Source: a virus. Taken from it: a DNA stretch of 47,377 nucleotides. The number at the start of each line of letters is the position of its first letter. Position 1 is the first letter of the stretch. The notes under the pieces are model-generated. The model worked only from the letters and a program-made list of their open reading frames with translations, did no database searches and was not told the DNA's origin. A program made the position numbers and the translations under genes. Below, piece after piece: positions 6,284 through 13,636 of this stretch. The stretch lies in the IMG/VR virus record IMGVR_UViG_3300050514_000079; one strand, 5' to 3'.

Positions 6284-6480
6284 GGCGTCACCGACTTAAA
6301 TGCAAGGCGGATTACTCGATTCACTCCCATGACGCGCCCGTCCGGCATCGCGATTGTGACAATGATGCGTGCTTCACATGAGTTGCCAGTGAAACTCGCC
6401 GTGTGCAGCAGAATTGTCTCCTCGACTATCTGCAAAGCCGAACCCAGGTCTTCAAGCGTCTGCTGCCGTGTCATGGGCAA
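6280..6480 (-). CDS. Hypothetical protein (66 aa)
   Basis: ORF with ATGA coupling to the downstream gene. Confidence 0.55.
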   Translation of the reverse strand: MPMTRQQTLEDLGSALQIVEETILLHTASFTGNSCEARIIVTIAMPDGRVMGVNRVIRLAFKSVTP

Positions 6481-6695
6481 GCCTCCTGCGCGGCATCCGC
6501 CAACAGCAGCGGCGGAACTTGCGCGGCCAACAACATCGCAACGATGACCGCGGGCCGGTGTCGCAGCCGCAGTGCCTTATTGACGAAGTCCGCGCACGAA
6601 ACGCATCGCGACTCACCTGTGGCGTTGACGTAGACCGTTGGCGCGGCGCAGTAGACGCATGCACCGGTCGCCTTTTTCTTGCGGCGGGCGCTCAC
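6471..6695 (-). CDS. Small zinc-ribbon protein with hydrophobic C-terminus (74 aa)
   Basis: GTG at 6695 overlaps the upstream TGA (GTGA). CVYC...CVSC, then VIVAMLLAAQVPPLLLA. Confidence 0.5.
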   Translation of the reverse strand: MSARRKKKATGACVYCAAPTVYVNATGESRCVSCADFVNKALRLRHRPAVIVAMLLAAQVPPLLLADAAQEACP

Positions 6696-7000
6696 GGATT
6701 CACCTTCACTTCCGCGGGCTGCACGAGCTGCACCGGCTCGCACTTGCACTTCGGTCCCGGTCCGGCGATCAGCGCCCGACAGAACGCGCTCGCCTTCACC
6801 GCATTCGGGAACGTACCGTAGTAGATCACCGCGCCTAGGAACTCGTCGCGGTCATCGGTGATCGTGCGGACGGCGATCCAGCGGCCACGGGAATGACTGC
6901 GAACCGTCGAGCCGTCGCGGGCGACGTTGGTCACGTTGCGGACGCCAGCATGCGCTGTGACCGCGGCGAGGAAGAGGAGCGACAGGATGGCGCGCTTCAC
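6692..7000 (-). CDS. Secreted small protein (signal peptide), function unknown
   Basis: GTG at 7000 (GTGA overlap). N-terminus KRAILSLLFLAAVTAHA-GV is a Sec signal peptide. Confidence 0.6.
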   Translation of the reverse strand: MKRAILSLLFLAAVTAHAGVRNVTNVARDGSTVRSHSRGRWIAVRTITDDRDEFLGAVIYYGTFPNAVKASAFCRALIAGPGPKCKCEPVQLVQPAEVKVNP

Positions 7001-7191
7001 GACTTCACCTCCGCGACTTGCTGAATGATCTCGTACCCATGCGGGTTGCGCTCGCGCCACGACTTCAGCGCCTCATCCGCACGAGTTGCTGCGTAGCTGT
7101 CCGATGCGCCATGCTGCGCGGTTTGCGTGTAGACGTTGACGTTGAACCAGAGCGTAGCCTCGGTCGCGTTTCTGAATCCCATCTCACTCAC
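6997..7191 (-). CDS. Hypothetical protein (about 61-64 aa)
   Basis: GTG at 7191 overlaps the upstream TGA. Alternative ATG at 7182. Confidence 0.5.
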   Translation of the reverse strand: MSEMGFRNATEATLWFNVNVYTQTAQHGASDSYAATRADEALKSWRERNPHGYEIIQQVAEVKS

Positions 7192-7394
7192 GACCGCACC
7201 GCCTGCGAGTTCTCGGCGTACGCGTCGGCGCGAGCTAGTGCCTCGGTATCGAACGGGCCAACGGGCTCGCTGTCGAAGAAACAATCGTCGCCGTGTTGGT
7301 CCTGCCAATACCACGCGTCATTCTGAAGCGGAGTGCCGTAGCTGTCGGTGACGGTGTCGAGCCGGTGCGGGCCAACGTAAAAGACACTGATCAT
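7188..7394 (-). CDS. First gene of the leftward early operon; acidic 68-aa protein
   Basis: GGAGG RBS (ctggaggttgagATG). Asp/Glu-rich with aromatic residues. Function unknown. Confidence 0.6.
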   Translation of the reverse strand: MISVFYVGPHRLDTVTDSYGTPLQNDAWYWQDQHGDDCFFDSEPVGPFDTEALARADAYAENSQAVRS

Positions 7395-7564
7395 CTCAAC
7401 CTCCAGGTCATCCGCTGTTTGAAGCCCCCGTGTGTGATGAGCCGCGTGGCCGTTCGCGCCCTGAGTCTGCCCGCAGGCAGCACCAATGGCACGCGAAGGT
7501 TAAGAGGTTCCACGGAAGCTTCAAGCGGCGGGTGTTCTAGAGGGGTACGACTCATCACGCCGTC

Positions 7565-7593
7565 AATCTAAGTCCGAGGGCGATGGTTGTCAA
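7565..7593 (-). promoter_or_regulatory. Sigma70-like early leftward promoter (TTGACA-17-TAGATT)
   Basis: Perfect -35 at 7593..7588, 17-nt spacer, -10 at 7570..7565. Lies back-to-back with the rightward HTH promoter. Confidence 0.5.
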
Positions 7594-7627
7594 GAAGTAT
7601 TTTCATGGATCACTGATTTGGGGAATG

Positions 7628-7636
7628 TGCTATTCT
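7628..7636 (+). promoter_or_regulatory. Extended -10 element (TGcTATTCT) for the rightward HTH gene, predicted leaderless
   Basis: The -10 at 7631..7636 is preceded by TGc. The ATG at 7643 is 6 nt downstream with no SD. Confidence 0.35.
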
Positions 7637-7642
7637 CCCTCT

Positions 7643-7921
7643 ATGAAAACTGAGGAACCGATGAGGCAGCAATCGCGGCACTCGTACCTGTCGTCTCGGC
7701 AAGCGCTCAACCGAGAGATCGGCGAACAGATCAAGCGCGCAAGGAATCGGGCTGGCGCTGATCAGAAGACGCTCGCCAAGGCAATCGGCTATGCGTCGGC
7801 AAACGCGATTTACATGATGGAGATCGGAGCGAAGATGATTCGCGCGACTGACCTTGTCAGGATCGCGAACTTCCTCAACTGCACGGTGCGGAGCCTGTTC
7901 CCGAAGGGGAGCGTGCGATGA
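7643..7921 (+). CDS. XRE-family helix-turn-helix regulator (92 aa)
   Basis: QKTLAKAIGYASANAIYMMEIG...DLVRIANFLNCTV is an HTH_3 signature. Divergent from the early leftward operon. Confidence 0.75.
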   Translation: MKTEEPMRQQSRHSYLSSRQALNREIGEQIKRARNRAGADQKTLAKAIGYASANAIYMMEIGAKMIRATDLVRIANFLNCTVRSLFPKGSVR

Positions 7922-8139
7922 GCCGAGGGGCGATGGTGACGGTTCTCCCGGATTACCAAAACAAAGCCGACGTGCTCTCCGATGCGCAGACCGTCGCGCT
8001 AGCAGGATGCGGCAGCGAGTGCCCGAAATCGACGCCGCACGGGATTGATCTGTGCCATCGGTGCAACGCGCTGTTTGTTCGCCTGCTGTGCATCGCGGCG
8101 CACTGGAATCAAAAGGCGCGGCAGGAAGGAAGAACGTGA
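7918..8139 (+). CDS. Hypothetical protein (73 aa)
   Basis: ATGA coupling with the HTH gene. Confidence 0.5.
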   Translation: MSRGAMVTVLPDYQNKADVLSDAQTVALAGCGSECPKSTPHGIDLCHRCNALFVRLLCIAAHWNQKARQEGRT

Positions 8140-8345
8140 GTCCAGTCATCTACGGCCAGTGGTCCCTGACCAAGGATGTGCCGGTGCCGGATGAGATGGA
8201 TGCGTGGCTGAATGTGTTGTGGGAGATTCGCGCGCTCGGCAGGACGATTACGGACCTTCGTGCTTTGCAACGCCGGGACTTGGACCCGAAGCAGCGCCCG
8301 CACGCTTGGCTCCGCATTCCGCCGCCGTGGCTGGAGGGGAAGTGA
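8136..8345 (+). CDS. Hypothetical protein (69 aa)
   Basis: GTG at 8136 overlaps the upstream TGA. The rest of track ORF 8052..8345 overlaps the previous gene. Confidence 0.5.
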   Translation: MSPVIYGQWSLTKDVPVPDEMDAWLNVLWEIRALGRTITDLRALQRRDLDPKQRPHAWLRIPPPWLEGK

Positions 8346-8743
8346 GCGTGTACATCAAAGCCAGGGCGTGCACCGGCAAACGCGCCAGAGCACTAAGATT
8401 GCAACTCTGGCAAGCGGATCGACGCTGCTACTGGTGCCATCGTCCGACGCGGCTAGTCTCCTCTTCGAATGGTGTTCTGCCGGATGACGCCGCGACGCTG
8501 GATCACGTGATTTCGCAGTACCAGCGGTCAGCCAACACACCGACGCGCGTTGTGCTTGCGTGTCATCGATGTAACCAGCGCCGCGCCGACGAGGAGACGG
8601 CGTCAATCCCGATCGAGCGACGCCACGTTGTCTGCAATAGCCCTCCGCTTCCGAAATGCGAGAAGTGCGGCTATGCCGTACGACCTGATCGCGGTTGTTG
8701 GGGTTGTCCGAATGGACTACGCAAGGATCAGAACGCGCAGTAG
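8342..8743 (+). CDS. HNH endonuclease (CxxC...DH...N...CxxC type)
   Basis: CYWCHRPT...ATLDHVISQ...VVLACHRCNQRRA. GTG at 8342 overlaps the upstream TGA. Confidence 0.75.
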   Translation: MSVYIKARACTGKRARALRLQLWQADRRCYWCHRPTRLVSSSNGVLPDDAATLDHVISQYQRSANTPTRVVLACHRCNQRRADEETASIPIERRHVVCNSPPLPKCEKCGYAVRPDRGCWGCPNGLRKDQNAQ

Positions 8744-8763
8744 CCGAGCAGGAGGGCGACCTA

Positions 8764-9111
8764 GTGCGAACCGTTGCAATCGTCGGCTCCCGCCGATGGA
8801 AAGACTACGACGCATTCTGCGAGGCGATGCCGGCACTTGGTGAGTACGACCACGTCATCTCCGGTGGAGCGCCGGGAGTGGACTCGCTCGCGGAACTGCT
8901 AGCGCAAGCACTCGGCAAGGCGTTCACGAAGTTCCCGCCCGATCCGAAGAAGCCCTTCACGATCGCCGCGCACGAGCGCAATCAGCGAATCGTGGACGCG
9001 GCTGATGCCATGATCGCGTTTCCTGGTCCGCGCTCAACCGGTACGTGGGACGCGATCCGGCGCGCGAAGAAGAAGGGTATCCTGGTTGTTGAGTTGAAGG
9101 CACCGGTTTAG
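8764..9111 (+). CDS. SLOG-superfamily / DUF2493-like protein
   Basis: VAIVGSRRW...ISGGAPGVDSLAE...ERNQRIVDAADAMIAFPGPRSTGTWDAIRRAKKKG. GGAGG 8 nt upstream of the GTG. Confidence 0.6.
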   Translation: MRTVAIVGSRRWKDYDAFCEAMPALGEYDHVISGGAPGVDSLAELLAQALGKAFTKFPPDPKKPFTIAAHERNQRIVDAADAMIAFPGPRSTGTWDAIRRAKKKGILVVELKAPV

Positions 9112-9128
9112 CCGAGCCGAGAGGATAA

Positions 9129-9533
9129 TTACTCGTTACTGACTGCCGTCAGTAAAGTTGTGCTGAACGGGAACGGGTTGAAAACGAGCCCTCCTGGATG
9201 CATCGCGCGGTGAGAGTCGATCTCTCGCCATTCCTGAACGAGAATCCCCTCCTTCTGCTCAATCACGCCTTCCTTCTCGGCCCACGCCAATGCGACCGAG
9301 TAGTGACGCTCCCACGCCTCGGCCATAAGGAGCGTGCGCAGCGCCTTTGACTGCTTAGGATCGGTGACTGCCGCGTCCATGATCGTGAGGATGCCGCCGA
9401 TGAGCCGCTGCGTGTAGTCTCGCACCTCGCGGATGGCGAACAGTCTGGCGTTGTAGGTATCGACGATAGGGGGGCGTGGATGGGGTGACGATGTGGCAGG
9501 TACCTGGGCTGGTAATCCTTGCGGTGTGTCCAT
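9129..9533 (-). CDS. Hypothetical protein (134 aa)
   Basis: ATG at 9533 with aaaggaatagaa upstream. The N-terminal 91 residues of track ORF 9129..9806 look non-coding. Confidence 0.55.
   Translation of the reverse strand: MDTPQGLPAQVPATSSPHPRPPIVDTYNARLFAIREVRDYTQRLIGGILTIMDAAVTDPKQSKALRTLLMAEAWERHYSVALAWAEKEGVIEQKEGILVQEWREIDSHRAMHPGGLVFNPFPFSTTLLTAVSNE
9136..9155. terminator. Perfect 8-bp hairpin between convergent genes (possible bidirectional terminator)
   Basis: TTACTGAC-tgcc-GTCAGTAA. Overlaps the last codons of the minus-strand gene. The U-tracts are weak. Confidence 0.3.
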
Positions 9534-9590
9534 TTCTATTCCTTTCGGTGCTGCTCTGTTCTTTTCTCGGCTCGGCTGCGCAGATAGTAC

Positions 9591-9628
9591 CAAAAGAAAG
9601 GCCGCGAGTCCCGAGAACTCAGCGGCCT
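9591..9628 (-). terminator. Intrinsic-terminator-like hairpin plus U-tract on the minus strand
   Basis: AGGCCGC(u)GAGU-loop-ACUCGCGGCCU (11 bp) followed by UUCUUUUG. It sits ~60 nt upstream of the 9533 start, so it could also act as an attenuator. Confidence 0.5.
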
Positions 9629-9653
9629 GGGCAGCTCGCGACGAGGCGAACCG

Positions 9654-9985
9654 AGAATGTCCCGCCGCAGAGAGTAACCGAAACGCCTGTTGACATGCAA
9701 GCCCGCAGAAGCGTACCGTTCGCCGCAGAATGTTCCCACGGCATACAAAGCGACCGAACGCAAGCGGCCAGCCGTGGCGGCGGGTTCTCATCTCTCGCGC
9801 CGTCATCCCGAGCGATATTCACCGACTCGATCTCCGCGGAAATCCGGGCTCCGGGCTGGTAGTCGATCCAGCAACCGCAACCTACGTCCCGGTCCAAATG
9901 GTGCTCGCGCCTAGCGCGCTCAGAACAAACTAACGCGGAAGAGGGTCATCTAAGCTTGCGTCTGCGTGCTCTCAGAACAGAGCAC
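9654..9985. promoter_or_regulatory. ORF-free region with short repeated motifs (possible operators or iterons)
   Basis: CCGCAGA at 9665, 9703 and 9723. AGAATGTYCC at 9654 and 9727. CTCAGAACA at 9919 and 9971, the latter inside a perfect 7-bp hairpin at 9966..9985. TTGACA at 9690. Confidence 0.3.
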
Positions 9986-10062
9986 CTAGGGATCGGTTGC
10001 ATATACCCGCTTTTGAATTGCGAGAGACACCGAACGGCGTAGAATGGGGCGTGAAAGCGAGG

Positions 10063-10323
10063 ATGCGCATGGATGTCAGAACAGGCGAGATCGCAGCGCT
10101 GGACGAGTTCACGAAACACCTCACGCCTCCGGAGATGAATCAGTTCATCAGGCCGCTTGATATCGATTTGCTGCGGAAGACAAACCCCAGCATCGCGAGG
10201 ATTCTGGAGGAGACGGGTCGCGCTCAGCTAGTTCCGAGATCAAAGTGTCCGTGCGGCAGTGGCAAGCGCTTCAAGTCGTGCTGCATGCAGAAGTTTAAAC
10301 CCTCTCGCTCTCTCCCCGAATGA
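10063..10323 (+). CDS. SEC-C metal-binding-motif protein
   Basis: C-terminal CPCGSGKRFKSCC (10246..10284) is the SecA-type SEC-C motif. The start is uncertain (TTG 9997, ATG 10063 or ATG 10069). Confidence 0.6.
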   Translation: MRMDVRTGEIAALDEFTKHLTPPEMNQFIRPLDIDLLRKTNPSIARILEETGRAQLVPRSKCPCGSGKRFKSCCMQKFKPSRSLPE

Positions 10324-10351
10324 ACTTGCGGCAGAAGGAAGGTAGGACCGA

Positions 10352-10651
10352 ATGAACGGATCGATGAAGATTGGACTGCGTGACGTACCGTTGCTGCACG
10401 ACACGGTGCTCTGCGCTCATACGCCTTGCCTATCCTGCACGCTGGCCCAGACCGAGCAGCAGCTCGCCGCCCTAACCCTCCGAGTCGAGCAGGTGCGGAT
10501 CGACGAGTTGCGGACCATCGTCGCTGAACAGATCAACAGCCTAACGTCACTGGATGTCCGGCACAACGATCTTTGCCTCCGAGTCGAAGCGCTGGAGGAG
10601 GCCGAACTCGCGAATCTGGACGGCGTCGAATCTGTCCAAGAAACGCACTAA
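10352..10651 (+). CDS. Coiled-coil hypothetical protein (99 aa)
   Basis: GGAAGG upstream of the start. Heptad-like LAALTLRVEQVRIDELRTIVAEQINSL. Confidence 0.55.
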   Translation: MNGSMKIGLRDVPLLHDTVLCAHTPCLSCTLAQTEQQLAALTLRVEQVRIDELRTIVAEQINSLTSLDVRHNDLCLRVEALEEAELANLDGVESVQETH

Positions 10652-10863
10652 ACCGTGCGGATAGCGCACACAGTCTGTTAACGGCCATTATGTCAAAACG
10701 ATGCTTGGCGGCAAGTGCTGATGGTACAACAGTTAGCCACGCCCACCCGCATCTTTCGTGACGGCACTAAGGTTATGCAAGGCGGCTGAGCCGTCGAATC
10801 CCCACGATACCCGCCAGCCTGGCAGAGACTTCACCGAACGCACCCTGTTCTGATCAGGCGCGA

Positions 10864-10877
10864 CGAGTCCGCAGCCC
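10864..10877. repeat. Left arm of a 14-nt perfect inverted repeat (CGAGTCCGCAGCCC)
   Basis: Exact reverse complement of 11149..11162. A further 4 bp (10880..10883 / 11144..11147) can pair after a small bulge. Confidence 0.9.
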
Positions 10878-11148
10878 GCTCCGACCTATCCACCTACCAG
10901 CCTGACCGCAGCACAGCCGACACCAGCGTGCGCGGGTTGGGTGGGGAGGTGGGGAGAGGGACCGAGCACCGCGACAGGCCCATGCCCATGCCCCACAGGG
11001 GCGGGTTGCGCAGCAGACAACGATACGTCCTCTCGCTACACGCACGGAGTTCTAGAATTTCGGAAGGCAAGAGGGATGGGGTGCGTGGTTCCTAATCTGG
11101 TAAGTTGAGGTGGTGACGGAATTTGTCACCCCGCGTGAACGACCGGAA

Positions 11149-11162
11149 GGGCTGCGGACTCG
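11149..11162. repeat. Right arm of the 14-nt perfect inverted repeat (GGGCTGCGGACTCG)
   Basis: See the left arm. The arms enclose 271 nt. Confidence 0.9.
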
Positions 11163-11171
11163 CGGGGAAGC

Positions 11172-11609
11172 CTACGGGATCTCGTCCGGAGGAGTGTCAG
11201 CGGCGTAGATTGTGGCGAGAATCTCTTCCCACTTGTAGGCGAGATATTCGTTGCCGGCGCGGAGGAGAGACTTCGCGAGGTTCATCTGCGCCGTAGAGAA
11301 CCAATCCTTCAACTCGTCGAGCGCTTGCGACATGGACCAGTTCATGACGTGGACGAGTTCGTGAGCGCAGGTTCGCCACACGTCACGGCGTGTTTCGTTC
11401 TCGAATAGACCGCGGCGAATCTTGAAATCGCAGGCGTACATATTGGCGCCGCAGTTGTCACGGCAGACCGCGCACCATGCACCGTCATCGTCGGAGATGT
11501 GATCGAGGACGCGGACGCGAAAGACGATATCGCGAAGCCGTAGCTTCTCCTGCCAGTAGGCGATGTGTGTGCGGAACTCGGCGACGATGGTTTCTTCGGT
11601 CCAGGCCAT
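11172..11609 (-). CDS. SprT-like / HExxH zinc metalloprotease
   Basis: HELVHV motif in the context ...TCAHELVHVMNW, preceded by a Cys-rich segment (CAVCRDNCG). 145 aa. Confidence 0.5.
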   Translation of the reverse strand: MAWTEETIVAEFRTHIAYWQEKLRLRDIVFRVRVLDHISDDDGAWCAVCRDNCGANMYACDFKIRRGLFENETRRDVWRTCAHELVHVMNWSMSQALDELKDWFSTAQMNLAKSLLRAGNEYLAYKWEEILATIYAADTPPDEIP

Positions 11610-11798
11610 TTACTCCGTCCTCCATCCTGCGCGTTTGGCGATGTGCTTGATGCCCTTCACGGTGTGACCGGCCAACTCGCGCGACCCGTCGATGAAGAGC
11701 TTCAGCACTTCGCCGGCGTCCTCGTTGACCTCGAAAGCGAATGGCTTGCCGCGCGAGAAGAACCATGTGCGTTTCGCCGGGCGATAGACGATTCTCAT
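11610..11798 (-). CDS. Hypothetical protein (62 aa)
   Basis: ATGA coupling at 11798. Its stop abuts the next ATG. Confidence 0.5.
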   Translation of the reverse strand: MRIVYRPAKRTWFFSRGKPFAFEVNEDAGEVLKLFIDGSRELAGHTVKGIKHIAKRAGWRTE

Positions 11799-12049
11799 GG
11801 GTAACCGCAAGCGGGCGGATCTTTCGTGACCCCGCTCGGATAGCACGAGAGATCGTGAACATGGTCGCTTCGTTCTGGTAAGTGTCGCACCATCGCGTGC
11901 GCAACCGGCGTCTCCTCTCGCAAGAGGACCAACTGACACGCTAAGCATTTCCAATGGCCGCCATTTTCTGCCGTCCTGCCGTCAGGTAAGACAGTCAAGA
12001 GCGAATCCGTGCGCTTGAAGTAGATCGCCCCGACGACGAACGCCTTCAT
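11795..12049 (-). CDS. Hypothetical protein (84 aa)
   Basis: ATGA coupling at both ends. Confidence 0.5.
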   Translation of the reverse strand: MKAFVVGAIYFKRTDSLLTVLPDGRTAENGGHWKCLACQLVLLREETPVAHAMVRHLPERSDHVHDLSCYPSGVTKDPPACGYP

Positions 12050-12528
12050 CGTTTCCCCTGACCTGCCGCAACAACCTCCGTGTTTGTCGGCACCGCGAGA
12101 TTTACGGGACGCAGAGGACCAACTCCGCACTTCGGGCAAACCGTTTGCCGAACATTTTTTCGGCTGTTGTATCCGCAGGCTTCGCAATCGACTTCGGCGT
12201 GCGCTACGACGGCATCGAACGGGACGACGTAGACGTACGTAAAAGTTCCGTCGCTCGCGTCGAGCCGCACATCCATCCCGATCTGCGCGACTAGCACGAA
12301 GTCACCTTCCTGCACATCGGTTGTGATGATCGTTCCGTACGCCGTCTTTTCGGACTTGCCAACGCCGACGACGAGCGCCCATCCAGAAGACTTGCGCTTT
12401 GCAGCTTCCTCGGTTCCGAATTCGATCTTCGGTGCGCCCGTAATCTCGCGGCGGTAGTCGTAGAATTCTTCGTCCGTTTCCCGATGAACAACGATCTTCC
12501 CCGGCTTTGGATGGAGCGTCTGTTTCAC
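12046..12528 (-). CDS. GroES/Cpn10-like fold fused to a C-terminal zinc ribbon
   Basis: LHPKPGKIVVHRETDEE...GWALVVGVGKS...VQEGDFVLV follows the Cpn10 pattern. C-terminal CEACG...CPKCG. GTG start. Confidence 0.45.
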   Translation of the reverse strand: MKQTLHPKPGKIVVHRETDEEFYDYRREITGAPKIEFGTEEAAKRKSSGWALVVGVGKSEKTAYGTIITTDVQEGDFVLVAQIGMDVRLDASDGTFTYVYVVPFDAVVAHAEVDCEACGYNSRKNVRQTVCPKCGVGPLRPVNLAVPTNTEVVAAGQGKR

Positions 12529-12749
12529 TTGGTCTTTCTCCTGTACGGTCGTTTTTTGAACGTCGGATCACCGTATCTCACGGCGGCCATGTAGTGCTTG
12601 CTGCAAAGGTCGTAGAACGGCTCCCTGAGGAGTGCTCTCGCCTCTTCGGTGAAGGTCGCGCTGCTCACGCGAGCGTGTTTCTTGCGCCGATCACCGAGAG
12701 AGCAACGCGGCACCTTCTTCAAGAGGTAGGTGCTCCGCAGCCATCGCAA
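12525..12749 (-). CDS. Basic hypothetical protein (74 aa)
   Basis: The ORF is coupled to the downstream GTG. Its start overlaps the upstream gene by 31 nt, so the start is uncertain. Confidence 0.45.
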   Translation of the reverse strand: MRWLRSTYLLKKVPRCSLGDRRKKHARVSSATFTEEARALLREPFYDLCSKHYMAAVRYGDPTFKKRPYRRKTK

Positions 12750-12973
12750 GTAGCGCGATCACCTAACGTACGACCGCAATAGCGACAGGGCCCGCGCGAG
12801 GGCACATTGTACCCACCCGAATTGATCTCGCCTATGAGAGCGACCGTGCTTGCTGGTGTTCGGTTCGGTGCGGCGTGATGCTTCGATGCCTGGCTCTTCA
12901 ACTCCTCTAGCAGAACGTTCAGCATCTGTTTTTCACGCGCAGTGAGGATCTTGGCATCTGCCAATTGTTGCAT
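12719..12973 (-). CDS. Hypothetical protein with C-terminal zinc ribbon (84 aa)
   Basis: First gene after the promoter at 12995..13024. CRYCG...CDGCG. Confidence 0.55.
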   Translation of the reverse strand: MQQLADAKILTAREKQMLNVLLEELKSQASKHHAAPNRTPASTVALIGEINSGGYNVPSRGPCRYCGRTLGDRATCDGCGAPTS

Positions 12974-12994
12974 CAGTTATGGTTTCAAGTCGTG

Positions 12995-13024
12995 AAATTA
13001 CAAGCATCTAGGTTGTTCTGTCAA
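12995..13024 (-). promoter_or_regulatory. Sigma70-like leftward promoter (TTGACA-18-TAATTT)
   Basis: Perfect -35 at 13024..13019 and -10 at 13000..12995, in the AT-richer gap between divergent units. Confidence 0.45.
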
Positions 13025-13080
13025 GCGGGAACTAAGTTTTGAGCCCAAATTTCCAAACGGGTACGAGAATTGACGGCAGC

Positions 13081-13587
13081 ATGCCTGTCTCAGGCAAACG
13101 GGCGAAAAGGTTCTCCTTCGACGAAGTAACGATAGCGGTTGGTTTGGCCGCTGGCGCACGCACTGCCGAGATTGCGGCCTCGCTCGGCATCACCGATCGC
13201 GCCGTTCGCTACAAGGTCACCGGCTCGAAGCACCTCGGCGAGCTTGTCGATGCCATCGGACCACTCCTCGCGTCCTCGAAACGCGAAGTCAAGGAGATCG
13301 ACCCGAAGAATCTAGACAAGGAGTTGGCCGGGCTCACGAGTCAATCCGTTGCAGCCCTCCGCGCGACGTTGGAGAGCACGAGCAACCCGAAAGATGCAGC
13401 CACGCTCGCGCTGTCGGTCATCAAACAGGTTCGCGAGCAACTCAGCGGAGGCGAGCGGCCAGAGGATCACAGGCTGTACACCCTCTCCGAAGATACGCTG
13501 CGCGCTTTCGAGGACGATGTGCTGATCGATCGTGATCTCATTGCTCGCGCGAGGGCGCTGGAGGTTCCGTCCGGTGCCGCAAACTGA
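13081..13587 (+). CDS. terS: Terminase small subunit (HTH)
   Basis: Sits immediately upstream of the large terminase. HTH TAEIAASLGITDRAVRYKV. ATG at 13081 (the track ORF begins at TTG 13039). Confidence 0.6.
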   Translation: MPVSGKRAKRFSFDEVTIAVGLAAGARTAEIAASLGITDRAVRYKVTGSKHLGELVDAIGPLLASSKREVKEIDPKNLDKELAGLTSQSVAALRATLESTSNPKDAATLALSVIKQVREQLSGGERPEDHRLYTLSEDTLRAFEDDVLIDRDLIARARALEVPSGAAN

Positions 13588-13636
13588 AGCGCTGCGTTCG
13601 ATCACTTCAGACACGCGCGCCCTTCTGCGCGCGAGG

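Larger units (their letters stand above)
10652..11171. other. ORF-free island 2 between convergent units (candidate structured RNA or TIR-bounded insert)
   Basis: No credible ORF on either strand. 14-nt perfect inverted repeat at 10864..10877 / 11149..11162. G4-type tract at 10934..10960. Hairpin at 11112..11130. Confidence 0.35.

Noticed and set aside
10791-10815. GGGGATTCGACGG on the minus strand resembles the conserved 5' region of tmRNA (GGAUUCGACGG). On the plus strand ...GTCGAATCCCCACGATACCCGCCA resembles a tRNA 3' end.
   Set aside because: The putative T-stem halves are not complementary. No acceptor pairing, tag reading frame or 3' T-arm could be found in the ~350 nt downstream, which would also run into ORF 10352..10651.
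10846-10880. A hammerhead-like CUGAUCA...GA element near 10849, and CUGAUGG at 10717.
   Set aside because: The core requires CUGANGA plus GAAA with three flanking helices. The conserved A9 and GAAA partners are absent.
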